A DNA stretch of 64,000 nucleotides. It comes from Ruditapes philippinarum (Eukaryota). Positions 24,929 to 38,772 of the stretch are shown in pieces; the stretch's first letter is position 1, and each line of letters begins with the position of its first letter. Below the pieces are notes generated by a model. It had not been told where the DNA came from. It saw nothing but the letters and a program-made list of their open reading frames with translations, and ran no database searches. The stretch covers positions 1-64,000 of the forward strand of contig NW_026859477.1 of the NCBI RefSeq assembly GCF_026571515.1. The letters are read 5' to 3'. A program made the translations under genes and the position numbers.

Positions 24929-27478
24929 TTTCAATGACAGCCCTTGTTAAAATATAATGGAGGAAGAATAAGTCTCATTGGATAGAGAGATATTTTAAAA
25001 AAAGATTAAGAACATGAAATGTATAATTATTTTTTATATAAATGTACCCTAATATGTGTAGTATCAATTGTTTATTTACTTATTTTAAGTGCAAAAGTAA
25101 TGAAATACTTTTTTTTGCGATATATGTGGAGTATAATTAGTTTTGCTGTAAACATTACATGAATTTAACTTTAAACATTTGTACTTTGATGTTAGAATAT
25201 TCCATGTTGATTAGAACGCACAGATTTGTTAATTTGTTTTTATGACCATTATAGTAAATAAGATATGAAAATAAGATCATTTTATTTGTGATATCAAAAT
25301 ATTGCATTGAATTAAGGACTAAATAAGACTTCATAATATGAAATTTAAAATCTTAGCACAGTCCTTGTGTTAGTATTTGAAGTTCTGTTACTGAAGACAA
25401 GGGAAATAAAAATTGTCACTAATAAACTGGTTTTTGTAAGAGTACCTTCCCCTTTATGATATTTAAGTTACTGTGACATTATGCCCAGTTTTTCATTGTT
25501 AAGCTGAAATGAATAAGTTGTATATTTCAAAAGACTGACTATTTAAATGGCTATTGAACTTTAATTGATAATTACAAATGTTAATGATAAAATATAAAAA
25601 TTGCCTAAAATGTAAATAGACATGTTAATGCCCCATTTTTATTATAAATTGAACATTACCAATAATTTTCAAAGGATATCTATAGATATTTATGGTAGTC
25701 ACAAGGTTATTGATTACTCCGGGGAAATTTATTATGAAATTGTAAACAAATATGACGAAATGTATTTTTGTCTTTACGGAACACTTACCATTTACTCTTG
25801 GATTGGCATAATGTCACTATGATGCAATGAGTACCGGGTATATAATTGTAAACAGGTAGAACCTAATGCCTTAATTTTCAATAAAAATTTATGTTTATAA
25901 TGTATTTTTTTCTTTATTTCATGTATATTTTCACTATTAATTTTTGTCTAGCATTAAATGTTATGGCAATTATTTTTATAAGTATGTGGCTGTCTTAGGG
26001 CACAATATACATATTAAGGTATAATTGTATTTTACTGTTGGAGATATTATTTGTATCTTATTGTCTGATATTTGTTGTTTTTTTTAATATGAAGGATATC
26101 GCATAATTCAACAAGGTCTGATTTTTTTACAAAAAAAATAAAAAACAAGATTGACTTTCTTATATTAAAGAAATGTGTTGTTTTGCACACAATTCAAAGG
26201 TATTGATCCAGTATGCGAGACGTATTGATGATAGTGTGTTAAAACGTGACGTTGATATTTAATCGAGGAATAGGTAACGTCACGGTTTTGTTGACTTCTC
26301 AACTTCTTTCAATGAAGTCTTTCTATTCCGTTAGAACCATTTTTACACTTTTGTAATTGTCCATAATGAATATTATTGTTTGAAATTTTGCTCTTTTTAT
26401 TGTGTATTGACAGTCTTTTGCATTAGCCTATGATTCTAATGCCTTATAAATTAAACATGTAGGTGTGTTGAACAAAAAGAAGCGAGAAAGTAGCAACTAT
26501 AAAAAGTCATAGGTATTACTCTTTTGTTAAAATATGTTGCTATTCACCAAAGTAACAATTGTAACTATGAGGTTATAGGAAATCCTCTTTTTGTTAAAAG
26601 CCAGAGAGGTGTTGTTCATTATGAAGAGGTTTTGTTCACTTTTGAATGGAGCTGATAAATGTTGAAAATCTTGCTGTAGCAACAGAATTTCCTTTGAGAA
26701 TATGACAAGGATGATTTTTTTGGTTGTTGTTTTTTTTTGTTTTTTTTTTTTTGTAACAGATTTGAAAAAAAAAAATGTATGAAATTATCTAATATTATAA
26801 AGCCATTACTAACTGGTACTAAAAGTAATATTTTCTTTTAAATTTCTACCAGTTTTATACAGACCACTGTCACCAGTTGACACATCTCTATTTGTTTTTC
26901 AAATGTAGGGACATATACATGGGTTTTCAGGCTTTTGTCTGAAGTTCAAGTTTTTCTTAACTCCTGAAAGCTCTTTTTCTACACAGAACCAATTGGAATG
27001 TTACTTAATTCAGGACTTTTAGGTTTTCTGCCATTTTTAACTTGCACCCATGCATGTACATGTATACCTTCACTCTGGGATATGACATCTATTGAATGGT
27101 TTATTGATTTTCTTTTCGTAGTTTTAATATTATTAATTTTGGTTTCATGTTGGAAAAAATTTATTTTATCCTTACTCAGGTGATTTTCTTTCAAAAATAT
27201 GTAGGCTTTGATATATTGACTTACCACCACTTATCAGTGTTGTTATATTTGTCTGGCCCTTCGGGATAATTGATTTCAGCATGTCAATGTTGTTATGAAG
27301 ATTAAATACTGCTTAAGCCAGTGCTAGGGGTGCATGAGGGATGTTGCACTTTTCCATTATCCCTCATGAACAGACTCAATCAAACCGAGGCTGAAATTTT
27401 CATGCAATTTTATTGTTTTCATTACTTCTAAGAGGATCACTCCTTTTCCAGATGTTTTTGATATTCTTCATCATTAAA

Positions 27479-27715
27479 TAAGCCGCGTCACGACAAAACC
27501 AACATAGTGCGTTTGCGACCAGCATGGATCCAGACCAGCCTGCGCATCCGCGCAGTCTGATCAGGATCCATGCTGTTCGCTTATAAACCCTATTACAAGT
27601 ACCAAAACTGATAGCGAACAGCATGGATCCTGATCAGACTGCACGGATGCGCAGGCTGGTCTGAATCCATGCTGGTCACAAACCCACTATGTTGGTTTTG
27701 TCGTGACACGGCTCA
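27479..27715. mobile_element. Palindromic MITE, copy 2
   Basis: Same family as 24243-24473; long TIRs. Confidence 0.9.
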
Positions 27716-28695
27716 AATAATGTGAACAATAACTTGTATAAATATCGGTATTTTAAAGTATATTGCATTCCTATAATTCTTGGAAATGTCAGAGGCAAAT
27801 AATATATCCTATGGTTATACAATAATGCATGGGTCTGGCATTAAAAACTGTTAAGAGCTTATTGTCTCGAAGCATCCATCCTTATCCATGACGTCTTGTT
27901 TGAAAGTTATATTGACATGAAAATCAAACTCCATAAAATACCCCCATATACTTGTAATGTGAACTTTAGTGCTGTTGACAACAAAATAGCTGCTGTTATT
28001 GGTGATTTTTATTATTTTTTTGTACAAATTTACAAGTTCTTTATTCTTTTGTTAATATGCAATTTAAAATATGTTTTTTATTGGCTGTGGAACAGATTTA
28101 ATTAATTTGTTATACAGTAAAAAGTGTACCTTGCTGATTTTTACTTGGTAGCAGAATATTATGTCCTTGATGTAAGTAACTTTACATGGTTGATTTGTAT
28201 TAAATATGAAATAATTTTATTGTAGATAAAAACTGGGGAAAAAATTAAATATGAATTTTGTGTAATACCGTCTTGTTAGATGAATTAAAGTCTATTTGAA
28301 TCAGAAAATTATGTTTGACCATTTGGTGTCTGGGACCAATTATTTGTTTTTAAAAAATTTGAAGTAAAAAGGGACCAATGGTTATATATAAGGACTTAGA
28401 TTAAGGTCCATAAAATCCATAAAAAATTTTGTTTGGGTTCATAAAACATCTTTTTTGTACAGCAAATTGACATTAAAATCAAGAACTGACTTATGTATAT
28501 GTAAAATCATGCAGTTAATTAAAACAGTATCCAGATATTAAAAGTGATCTGTTAGCCTTTGCCACCAGTATTGCCAGCATAGCCTGCACATTCATGCAGT
28601 CTGACCAGGCTCTGTACTGTTGGCTGGCTTAATTCAAATGTTCATTGGATAAAAGAAAGCAGAAAACTAGCTTATGGAAGGTTTATGGTCTCATT

Positions 28696-28932
28696 TGAGC
28701 CCTGTCACGACAAAACCAACATAATGTGTTTGCAACCAGCATGGATCCAGATCAGCCTGTGCATCCGCGCAGTCTGATCAGGAGCCATGCTGTTCGCTTT
28801 TAAACCTTTTAACAAGTAGAGAAACTGATAGCGAACAGCATGGATCCTGATCAGAATGCGCTGATGCGCAGGCTGGTCTGGATCCATGCTGGTCGCAAAC
28901 GCACTATGTTGGTTTTGTCGTGACATGGCTCA
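28696..28932. mobile_element. Palindromic MITE, copy 3
   Basis: Same family; TGAGCC ... GGCTCA termini. Confidence 0.9.
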
Positions 28933-29741
28933 TTTGTGCTTGAATGAATGTTCTAAGGTGAGCCTGAAGAATCTCTCCACCAGTAAAACTAGAAAGACAA
29001 CAAATTTACCAGTTTTGTATAACTTTAAAGTTCAAGCCAAGCCTATCTTTATGAAATATATTGGATAAATCATAATTGCAACCTTTTATTAGTGGAATCC
29101 GAATGATTTAGAAGGTCTTTGTTTGAGCTTTCAATTTATTTTTTGGCTGGGGATGAAATAGAATCTACATGCTACTTTGTATTTGTGATTGAAAGTTTGT
29201 ATACTAAAAAGAATAATTTGATCTGCTGGGTTTTTGTTTTTGTTGTTTTTAGTTCTATACATGAAATCCATAAGGAATAAATTCTAGCTTAAAAAAGAGA
29301 AGATGATAGCTATGTATTAATTATTCTAATGTAAAATTTGAGATTGAACAGCATGGAATGTATCATTCCTTTGACAATATTGAAATATTCATACATGTAT
29401 AAGATAAGGATAATAAAGTTTTCATATGTTTAAGGTACTATAAGTTTTGTATGTTAATATACTTTTATTTTCATCATTTATATTCAGAGATAGTTTGCAT
29501 ATCTATGTTTATATTATTCAATGAAATTGAATAAATATTTGAAAGAAATAGATTTAAAAAAGGTCTGTTATCTATTCCCCTGCACCTCTTTGGTTTTTGA
29601 ACAAACTATTGAAATGATTTATAGGTGTCTCTATTTAAAAAGTATATTTATAAGAGTATAGAAATGCATTAGGTCTGATGCACAACAAAGCGAGCACATC
29701 TTAAACATCTCCTTAGAAACTGCAACACACAGAGCATGTGT

Positions 29742-29975
29742 CCCCTTGTGGCTGAAGGGCTGCCATTACAGGTTGAGGCATCAGTTTTGCAGCAGCCGTT
29801 TAACCCTGCGTGATCGTAAGAGGCGACTAAATGGAGTCAATACATTTCTTAGCTCCAGCAAAATGAGGTGTTTTTGACCCCTGGTGTTGCTTAAAACTTG
29901 TAAAGCTTAAGGTTAGCCAAAATCATTTTTCCAGGGCCTAAACTGTTTTGGTTCGCACAAATAAAAAATAAGAAA
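29742..29975 (+). mobile_element. Short retroposon without a tRNA head (copy 2)
   Basis: Shares CTTGTGGCTGA, TTTAACCCTGCGT, GTAAGAGGCGACTAAATGG and TTGACCCCTGGTGTTGCTTAA with 21066-21318; A-rich tail. Confidence 0.65.
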
Positions 29976-30052
29976 AAAAAGTGTTTGGTCCTCTACAAAA
30001 GTCATGTAAATCCTGACCTTGAGGTCATATTAAGGCCCTTCCTGGGGATTAC

Positions 30053-32200
30053 TTTTTATACCCCTGCACAACAAAGTTGTAAGGGGGGTATACTTGAATA
30101 GGCTTATAGGCTTGTCTGTCCGACTTAACTAAAAATTCCTTTGACCCACAGTCTTCATATTTGGTATTGAGATTGGTCATGATAAGTATATGACCTCTTT
30201 TGATTTTGATGTCACAAGATCAAAGGTCACATGGGCCTTGACTAAAATAAGCTTGTCCGCCCAGTAACTTAAGAATCCTTTGACCCACAGTCTTCATATT
30301 TTGCTTTGAGGTTATTCATGATTATTAGATGACCCTTTTTGATTTTGAGGTCACCCGGTCAAGGTCACAGGCCTTTAGTTGAAAAGATTGTCCCCCAATA
30401 ACTTAAGAATCCATTTACCCACAGTCTTCATATTTTGCATGGAGGTTAGTCATGATTATAAGTTGACCCCTATTGATTTTGAGGTTAAAGGTCAAGGTCA
30501 CAGGAGCCCTGACTAAAAAAATATTTTCTGTCCAACGATCCTTTGACCAACAGTCTTCATATTTGGTATTGAGATTGGTCATGATTAGTAGATAACCCCT
30601 AGGGATTTTGAGGTAACCAGGTCAAGGTCACAGGGGCATTTAGTTCTTAAAGCTTGTCCGCCTATCCGTCCTACTGTAGATTTTCCCTGTCCACCTAATA
30701 ACTTAAGATTCCTTTGACCAACGGTCTTTATATTTGGTATTGAGATTGGTCATGATTAGTAGATGACCCCTTTTAATTTTGAGGTCACCTGTTTCAAATG
30801 TCACAGGGGCCTTTTGTTCAAAAAGCTTGTCTGCCCAATAACTTAAGAATCCTTTGATCCACAGTCTTCATATTTGGCATGGAGGTAAGTCATGATTATG
30901 AGATGACCCATATTGATTTTGAGGTCACAAGGTCAAAGGTCTAGGTCACAGTTACCTTGACTTCAAAAAGTTTGTCCACTCAATTGCTTAAGAATGCTTT
31001 GGTCTTCATATTTGGCATTGAGGTTGGTTATGACTTGTACATGACCCCAATTAATTTTGAGGACACTAGGTGAAAGGACAAGATCACAGTGGCCTTGACT
31101 AAAAATTATTGTCCGCCCAATAACTTAAGAATCCTTTGACCCACAGTCTTCATATTTGGCATGGAGGACATTCATGACCATAAGTGACCCCTTTTGATTT
31201 TATGTTCACTGGTCAAAGGTCACAGGGGCCTTGACTTCAAAAAGTTTGTCTGCCCCATAACTTAGGAAACCCTTTACCCATATTTTTCATGGAGGTTGGT
31301 TATGACTAGTAGATGACCCCTTTTGATTTTGAGGTCAAAGTTCAAGGTCACAGGGGCCTTGGTTAAAAAATCTTGTCCGACCAATAACTTAAGAATCCTT
31401 TGACCCACAGTCTTCATATTTGGCATGTAGGATATTCATGACAATATAAGTGACCCCTATTGATTTTGAGGTCACTGGGTCAAAGGTCAAGATCACAGGG
31501 GCACTGACTTCAAAACATTTGTCTGCCCAATAACTTAAGAATCCTTAGACCCACAGTCTTCGTATTTGGCATGGTGGTTGATCATGATCATTGGGTGACC
31601 CCTATTCATTTTGAAGTCACTGGGTCAAAGGTTAAAGGCACCTTTAGTACAAAAAGCTTGTCCACTCTATTGCTTAAGAACGCTTTGGTCAACAGTCTTC
31701 ATATTTGATATTGGTTGGTTATAACTAGTACATGACCCTTATTGATTTTTAGATGACTGTGTCAACCGACTCCGTGGTCCAGAGGTTAGAGTCGATGACT
31801 TCTAATCCAGTTACCTCTTTGGCGTGGGTTCGATCCCTGGGGGATGCTTTGGTAGTTTAGCTCGGAGGAAGGTAGTCTAGTACTGGTGTAACTATCCAGG
31901 AACGATGGTTAGGAAACTATATACCCGCCTATATGACTGAAATACTGTTGGGAAAGGCGTAAAATGAAACAAACAAACAAACAGATGACTGTGTCAAAGG
32001 TCAAGGTCGCAGGGACTTTTCTACAATTAGGTTGTCTGTTCTAATGCTTAGGAATGCCTGCTACAGTGTATTGATTTTGACATTTTCACATTTGAAGCAT
32101 ATAATTATGTTCTCAAATATTCATCATAAAACATCCCCAGGCAAAGCTGCATGAATGGGTTCGGGGGGTATTCGAGTCATACAGTGGCAGTTTCAGTTTT
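30053..32200 (+). mobile_element. HINE-like element with ~12 internal ~140-150-bp units
   Basis: TTTTTATACCCC start with hairpin; repeated TAACTTAAGAATCCTTTGACCCACAGTCTTCATATTTGGC...GGTCAAAGGTCA; 3' GGGGGGTAT subTIR and AGTTT end. Confidence 0.78.
31766..31982 (+). mobile_element. Full-length tRNA(Arg)-like SINE inserted in the HINE array
   Basis: A box GTGGTCCAGAGG, anticodon loop CTTCTAA, B box GGTTCGATCCC, (AAAC)n tail; exact 15-bp TSD AGATGACTGTGTCAA. Confidence 0.92.
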
Positions 32201-32502
32201 GAGATCAGTAAGTCAAAGGTAAAGGTCACTTTGATTTTTGCCACCAAAAACATGTAGAGTACATAACTTAGCAATGCACTGGCTTACTACCCTCTCAGAT
32301 TTGGCAGGGAGGTCACATGTCCTCTAAATGACTACTGTTGATTCTGACAAAGTGGTATGTTGGGATATTCATCACGTGGCAGTTCTAGTTGTAAATATAT
32401 ATTGTCTTCTTAAAAAAGAACAAAACATTTAAGAATATGATTTGATAAGTTCAAAATGGCCTGCCGCTGTATCACTTATTACATGTGTAGAATATTGCAA
32501 TG

Positions 32503-32712
32503 GGTGAAGAATTTTTACATTTTCTAGCAGAGGATGAATTTTGAAGAATCTTTACATTTTCAGCTATGGATGAAGAATTTTTACATGTTCTAGCAAACGA
32601 TGAAGAATTTTTACATTTTCAGCAAAGGATGAATTTTTACATTTTCAGCAATGAATGAATATTTTTTACATTTTCTAGCAATGGATGAAGAATTTTTTAC
32701 ATTTTCTAGCAC
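32503..32712. repeat. ~30-bp minisatellite (~7 units)
   Basis: GATGAAGAATTTTTACATTTTCTAGCAATG-like unit. Confidence 0.8.
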
Positions 32713-33277
32713 TGGATCTCACTTGAGCGATCTTGGACTTACAGTTAAGGCCCTCTTTTTCAATATATTTTAAATGCTTTCGGTTTCAGTATTTATATGC
32801 TATGATCCAACATTATTTGCATTTCTTTCCACAATGCATATTTTCTAGGAAAAAACTTGTACATGCAAAATATGGAAACAAAGATCAACAAGGAAAGGAG
32901 ACGTTCAATGAACGCATCCCCCAAACAATCAAGCAACACAGGATTACCGGCAAGAAGCCCAGTAGGCATACTTAAACAAATGTTGTTGTTGTTTTTTTTC
33001 TACATAAATTGAATTTACACACAAATTACCATACGATATCATAAAATAATACGAAACACTATGAAGTGAACTAATATTAGTACAAAATTGGTGTAAATAT
33101 TTACTATGTAGAGTCAGTAATGTATAAGAAAATTAACGAAACATCTTTGCTTTGAATATCATGTATTTAAAAATTTATATACAGTATGAATATGTTTTGT
33201 TTGTCCATTTCTGTTACATTTTGTATATACAGTTCAAATTGCATTTATATACCATATATACCTGCAAATACCTCCCC

Positions 33278-33770
33278 GTACACACGCAGTCAATTTCACC
33301 TTAATTATAATATAAATATAATACACTAATACAACAAAATATGTGCCTTCGATCGTACACACCCTATCAATTTCACCTTAATTCTAACATGGGCTCAATA
33401 TACACACATAAACCAAAAGATGAGTCCTTGATCGAACACAGACTGTCAAAATTACCTTAATTCTAGCATAAGTTCAATACACACATATAACAAAATATGT
33501 GTCCTCGTTCACACAGTCAAAATTACCTTAATTCTACATAAGTTCAATACACACATATAACAAAATATGTGCCCTCGTTCACACACTGTCAAGTTTACCT
33601 AAAATCTAACGTTATTACAAGTTCAATACACACATATACATGTACCAAAATATGAGTTCTCGTACACACAATGTTTTTCACCTTTATTCTAACATAAGTT
33701 CATACAAATATATAACAAAATATTACTCCTCGTTCACACACTCTGTCAATTTCACCTTAATTCTAACATT
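33278..33770. repeat. ~70-bp tandem repeat just downstream of the GPCR stop codon
   Basis: Recurrent CACCTTAATTCTAACATAAGTTCAATACACACATATAACAAAATATG. Confidence 0.8.
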
Positions 33771-33785
33771 AGTTTAGAAATAAAG

Positions 33786-34964
33786 CTATACTCTTGATGT
33801 AATTCTGTTTATAATCAACATCAAAGATTCTTTAAATTTTGGATCCATTACACCATAAATAAACGGATTGATCACGTGATTAATAAAATATAGACGCAAG
33901 AAAAAGAAATACACTGCCTTCTTAACATCGCTTAATGTTTGTAGAATATCGTCCGAGCTGGCGATAATTGAGACCAAAATTAAGTAAACAATGGTTGTAA
34001 CGATAAAAGCCAAAGTAACACTAAACATTATCATCGTTTTGCTACGCACTCGTTTTCTCCTCGCCAGCCTTGTCGAATTGAGCCTCCATGGGGTCAAAAC
34101 ATGTTTAATTTTCAGTTGCTGCTGTGACGAACTTGAAGCTGATACATCTTCCTTCTCAACATCACTCGTATCGGTTGCTTTATCACTGACCTCTAGTACA
34201 CCAGGATTTGTGTCTATGTTCTGTTTTAATCTCATAGTCTTATGTAGTCGCCTTTCTTTTATAATTGCTACGAGAACGTACGTATAACTACAAAGCATTG
34301 ACAGCAGAATGGACGTAATCACACAGCTTACCAATGATATATATATAAGAGGATAATTTGTCGTTTCGAATTTTTCATCCTTTTCGCATATTGTTACTTC
34401 CCCCGTGATATTTTTAAATGTTTTCGTTAAGGTACGTTCACCCCAAAGAAAAGGGGTTGGTAGAGCGACTAAAGCTGATACGAGAGGTATGATAAGACAA
34501 ATAAATTTTGTCTGTTGCGCTTTGATTTGCCATGCTAATGGTTGACATACTTTTCTGTAACGGTCCACCGCAATTGCTAAGAGACATAATGCTTCTGCAG
34601 TAAGTGTGAACACATTACAGAACGATTTCATTTTACAGAGTAAAGGGGCACTGTAAACGTACCAATAAATTTGAGTAATGATCTCTCCAGGCATTGTAGT
34701 AACCGTTGTGAAAATGTCAATTACTGCAAGACTTAAAACAAAGTATTTGTAATTGCACACACGGTAGCGGAAGCTAAACACGTAAAGAACGAGAAGATTC
34801 CCGATAAATCCAAGCAGCATCTCGATTCCAACAAAGATGATAGTTGGCAACACCACTTTCCTTATATCTTCATTAAGATATTCAGCCAGTTGTTCTGAAC
34901 TCATATCTTTGCTTTCATCATATACTAGTACAATGCTCGATGTTGATGATAAAGATAATTCCAT
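33786..34964 (-). CDS. Intronless class A (rhodopsin-like) GPCR, orphan neuropeptide-receptor-like (CCK/orexin-receptor-like annotation class)
   Basis: 392-aa ORF with seven hydrophobic segments; TM1 GN, TM2 LAVID, ECL1 W..., TM3 C and DRY, ECL2 C, TM7 NPFIY. Confidence 0.95.
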   Translation of the reverse strand: MELSLSSTSSIVLVYDESKDMSSEQLAEYLNEDIRKVVLPTIIFVGIEMLLGFIGNLLVLYVFSFRYRVCNYKYFVLSLAVIDIFTTVTTMPGEIITQIYWYVYSAPLLCKMKSFCNVFTLTAEALCLLAIAVDRYRKVCQPLAWQIKAQQTKFICLIIPLVSALVALPTPFLWGERTLTKTFKNITGEVTICEKDEKFETTNYPLIYISLVSCVITSILLSMLCSYTYVLVAIIKERRLHKTMRLKQNIDTNPGVLEVSDKATDTSDVEKEDVSASSSSQQQLKIKHVLTPWRLNSTRLARRKRVRSKTMIMFSVTLAFIVTTIVYLILVSIIASSDDILQTLSDVKKAVYFFFLRLYFINHVINPFIYGVMDPKFKESLMLIINRITSRV

Positions 34965-37900
34965 GATAATTCTTTATTCCTAATAAAGACAATTTCTATT
35001 TTAGCTCTTTAGGTTGACGATTCAAATATTTTCAATGTTTATTACCTTCCTAGTTTACCAAAGAACAGCTTTGTTTGATATGAAAAAACGATGTATTGTT
35101 AAAAGTAAATGTTACATGGAATGCGTTATATTCTACACATAACATAATTAACACTGCTGTAAACCTATTTAAATACCATTAGCAGTTGGCAAGTATGTAA
35201 TAAAATTGAAACAATTAAAGATATGATCAGGGATAGTGTTATCTAGATTAATGGGAAGTCATTCAAGTATCTATATAATCAATGTGTTATAACGTCAGTT
35301 AAAGGATATGTACTATCGTATGTTTGTATCTTAGGCCCGTTAATTGACTGCATTACGTCATACACATTGGTTAACGGTGATGAGCATTGCGAAGAAAATG
35401 AAAAGTAAATTTATTTGATATAGATATACATAAAAACTCTGACCCCTTGTCAAAATTACATTATATTTAGTTCCGCTCATTGTATTTTTGTTTAATGCAG
35501 AGAAAATCACACTATTCTCAATCTCTATGAGGTGCCACATTGAAGATTCCACAATCACTCACAGTTGCGGAGTCTTCTTATGGCTATATAAACACCAAGT
35601 TTGTACTTTAATGTCAAATTCTATATTAAGCCGATGTAAGGGGCGAAGATATTAAAAATTTCGTTTACCATCTGTTCTAGTCAGCTTGCACCATCTTCAA
35701 CGTTGACATGTTTGGTGTACCATCTTCCCATTTATTTGGTCATTGTTCTTTGATATCTATGACTTTGTTTCCTCTTTCCTATCACCATCTTTTAAAATAT
35801 GCATGTAATTCTACACAATAGTCCACCTCATGTATGTAGAAATAAAAAAGGCAGATCAAAATTAAGTACTGCAATGTTTAACTCGTATATAAAGAGAGCC
35901 GGTGCTAGGGGGCGTGAGGGATGTTGCACTTATTCATTATCCCTCATGTGCAGACTCAATCAAACCGAGTCTGCAATTCTTATGTTATTTTGTTATGATT
36001 TATGCTTCCGAGGGATCACTTTGTTTCCAGAATCTTATATAAAGAAGCACATTTCCACGCCTATACTCTTTTGATCAAAATTTAGATAATGTTTATTTAC
36101 AGAAAAATATTCAAATAAAGGATAATAGAAAATCTTCTTTTAGAGAAAAATGATGTCAAATAAACAGCTAATAAAAAGTTAGCTGGCAAAATGCATTTAC
36201 AAATCACAAAACACCCTTTAATAGTGTCAACATTTGAAAACCAAAAAAGTATAATAATAAAATGTAAAGCCGGTCAAATTTTATAGCTATTTATACCGTA
36301 TGAAGCATATAATTGCGTGGATAATTTTAATTCTTCTTTTTTGCGCATTTCTTCTCCTTATAACATTTTCTTTTGAGTTTTTAAGAAATTTTTTGATTCA
36401 CCTTAAAGTTGTGAAACATTTAAATTTTGGCCTCTTTGTGTTACATTGTAAATATCAAGAGATCGCAAATTACGGATGTACTAGGAAATCTTTGTCATCA
36501 ATCGCAGCATCCTTGTATATTTCAATCATATTATAATTATGCTAATTTATTTCTCCAATTTTCATTGGCTTACACGATTTGTATACAATGCCGTCTACAC
36601 CGTGAATGCGCACGAATAACAACGTTAATTACAAGTACATATAATAATAATAATACTAATAATCATAATAAAGATAATAATAATAATGATAAATGTAATA
36701 TTAGTAAAAGATCAAAATGATGATGATGATGTCTTTCTTTTAAGAAGGTAACATATAACCATATTGCATCGTACGAAAGACAAACTATATTTTAAGTTTA
36801 AATGTGGCTCTCTGAACGCTTTCAAACAACAAAAAGAACATAGACAAAAAGAAGACAAAAAACATTCCCAACAAATATAACAATAATCAATTTATATAAC
36901 AAACAAATTTGACAAACACTGCCATTGAAAAATAAATATTATTTGTGAATTTCTTGAACGGATACTAAATGGTATTGAATTTCTTTGCAACAAAAGTATT
37001 TTTACTCTGTTTATGTATGTATGTCATTATGTGTGCTGCATGCCTCCAGATGAGCAAAACTTCCTTCAAGAAAATCGAACTTAGAGAATAATGTACAAAA
37101 ATTTAAGTAAAGTTCAAAGGTTCATGATTCACACAAATTACTTTCAACGTGCGATTGGTGACTAATTTTGTATCATATTTCTACTGCGTGACTTTTTTAT
37201 GTGATAAACACGTCGCGTGCGTCAACAACTTAATAAGAAGCTAATAATACGAACGAAAACGTTTTAAATAGCTACAGTCGAGCCTACGTCGCTCGTTTTG
37301 AGCTGTATAAATCGTCTATAAGCCTAACTAAACAAGGTGTGTATTTGATTCAAGTAATAGCAAGATGCTAATAAATAAGAAACAAGAGTCAATAGGATCG
37401 TGCGCTCGACTATTAAACATCCTGGATAATGTAGAATTTTCTAAGTTCAAAAATTATGAAAAATAACGTTCCGGAAATGACCGATTTATAACGATATTGG
37501 TCGATATTAGAACTGTTTTGACGGGAAAGCATTGCAGTAAGACTACCTTAAATCAATGCTGTTCTACTGTTACATCTCTTTCGTTTCGATATACTACACA
37601 GACAAAAGTATTCGTTTTGTTTGCAAGACATTTAATGAGTTATCCCAACAGGAGAACTATGTTTGAATCGTAACTTTTCGGCTTTTTCCGTCAGTCCTCG
37701 TTATCAAAAATAATAGCCGAGGACGTTCGATTTAGAACATTTTGCTAATACTCGGGCAGCGTAGGCGGAACCAATGGTAGACCGTTGTTTTATTTTATTT
37801 AAAATCTAGACATTGTTTCTATTCTGTATTTTTTTGTTATTGGTGTTTTGCATCTTTTAGAAACAAGGCTTGCCAAATATAAATTATAACAAATCGATAC

Positions 37901-38772
37901 GCCTATTTTTGACACCTTAGATGGTAAAACAACGCTCCCATCTCTGGTGCTCTTGTTTGATATTACGTATATTATCCAAAGAATATGAGTGGGTTTATTG
38001 TCCTTTACAGCCTTATTGCATACACAATTTAACCTACATTTTCTAGTGACACAGGCATCTACTTGTAGTAATAAGTGCATTTTCCTAACTGTGATGTATC
38101 CAAGTATTATAAAGCTCTAGCCTAAAGACAGTTCTGTCCTATTTAAGAGTTGGTCCACACAGAGATGGGAAGACTGACTATAGTTTTATAACACATAACA
38201 AAATGTCCACTGATGTCTTTAAACTTTGAATACATATACATTATGTGTCTTGAATAATAAATTTATGAAAACCGTGGTTAAGATGCGGCAGAAGAATATC
38301 AACGTCTGCAAGACGTCTATCTTCAACCGAGAAAACAAACAAAACCATTCTCGACAACAATGTATCTTATCTTTATTGTAATACATACATTATAAGTCAT
38401 AATCAGTATCTAATTTTATAAATTAAATACAAATCTTTCAAACATTAGCAACATTTAATGGATGTTGTACATTCGTGATATAGACACATCAATTTAATTT
38501 GCAATTATATGAAATCAAATCCAAGGACCAGATTCAGCAAGTCAAAAATAAATTAACATAACTTGATAAACACATTATATTTATATACTAGGATATGAAA
38601 GTTCGCGACAAAGATAAAATTGGTTTATACGTATATGATGACACTGTCAAAAGTGCGCACACAGAATGATGTTGGAGCACCATACTACTAGTAAATATCG
38701 TATTCCGGTATATACCGGACACGGTGCTTGTCTTCCCACACGTCGAAATACACTTTAAAACGTCTTATTCAT

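Larger units (their letters stand above)
23508..24944. mobile_element. hAT-like MITE hosting three nested insertions
   Basis: TIR AGGGCTGTCATTGA ... TCAATGACAGCCCT; flanking direct repeat TGTTAAAATA (8-10 bp depending on where the termini are placed). Confidence 0.82.

Noticed and set aside
27330-27372. SECIS element (ATGA...TGA hairpin)
   Set aside because: The stem is fully Watson-Crick through the ATGA, with no G-A quartet or apical AA motif, and no UGA-containing ORF is nearby.
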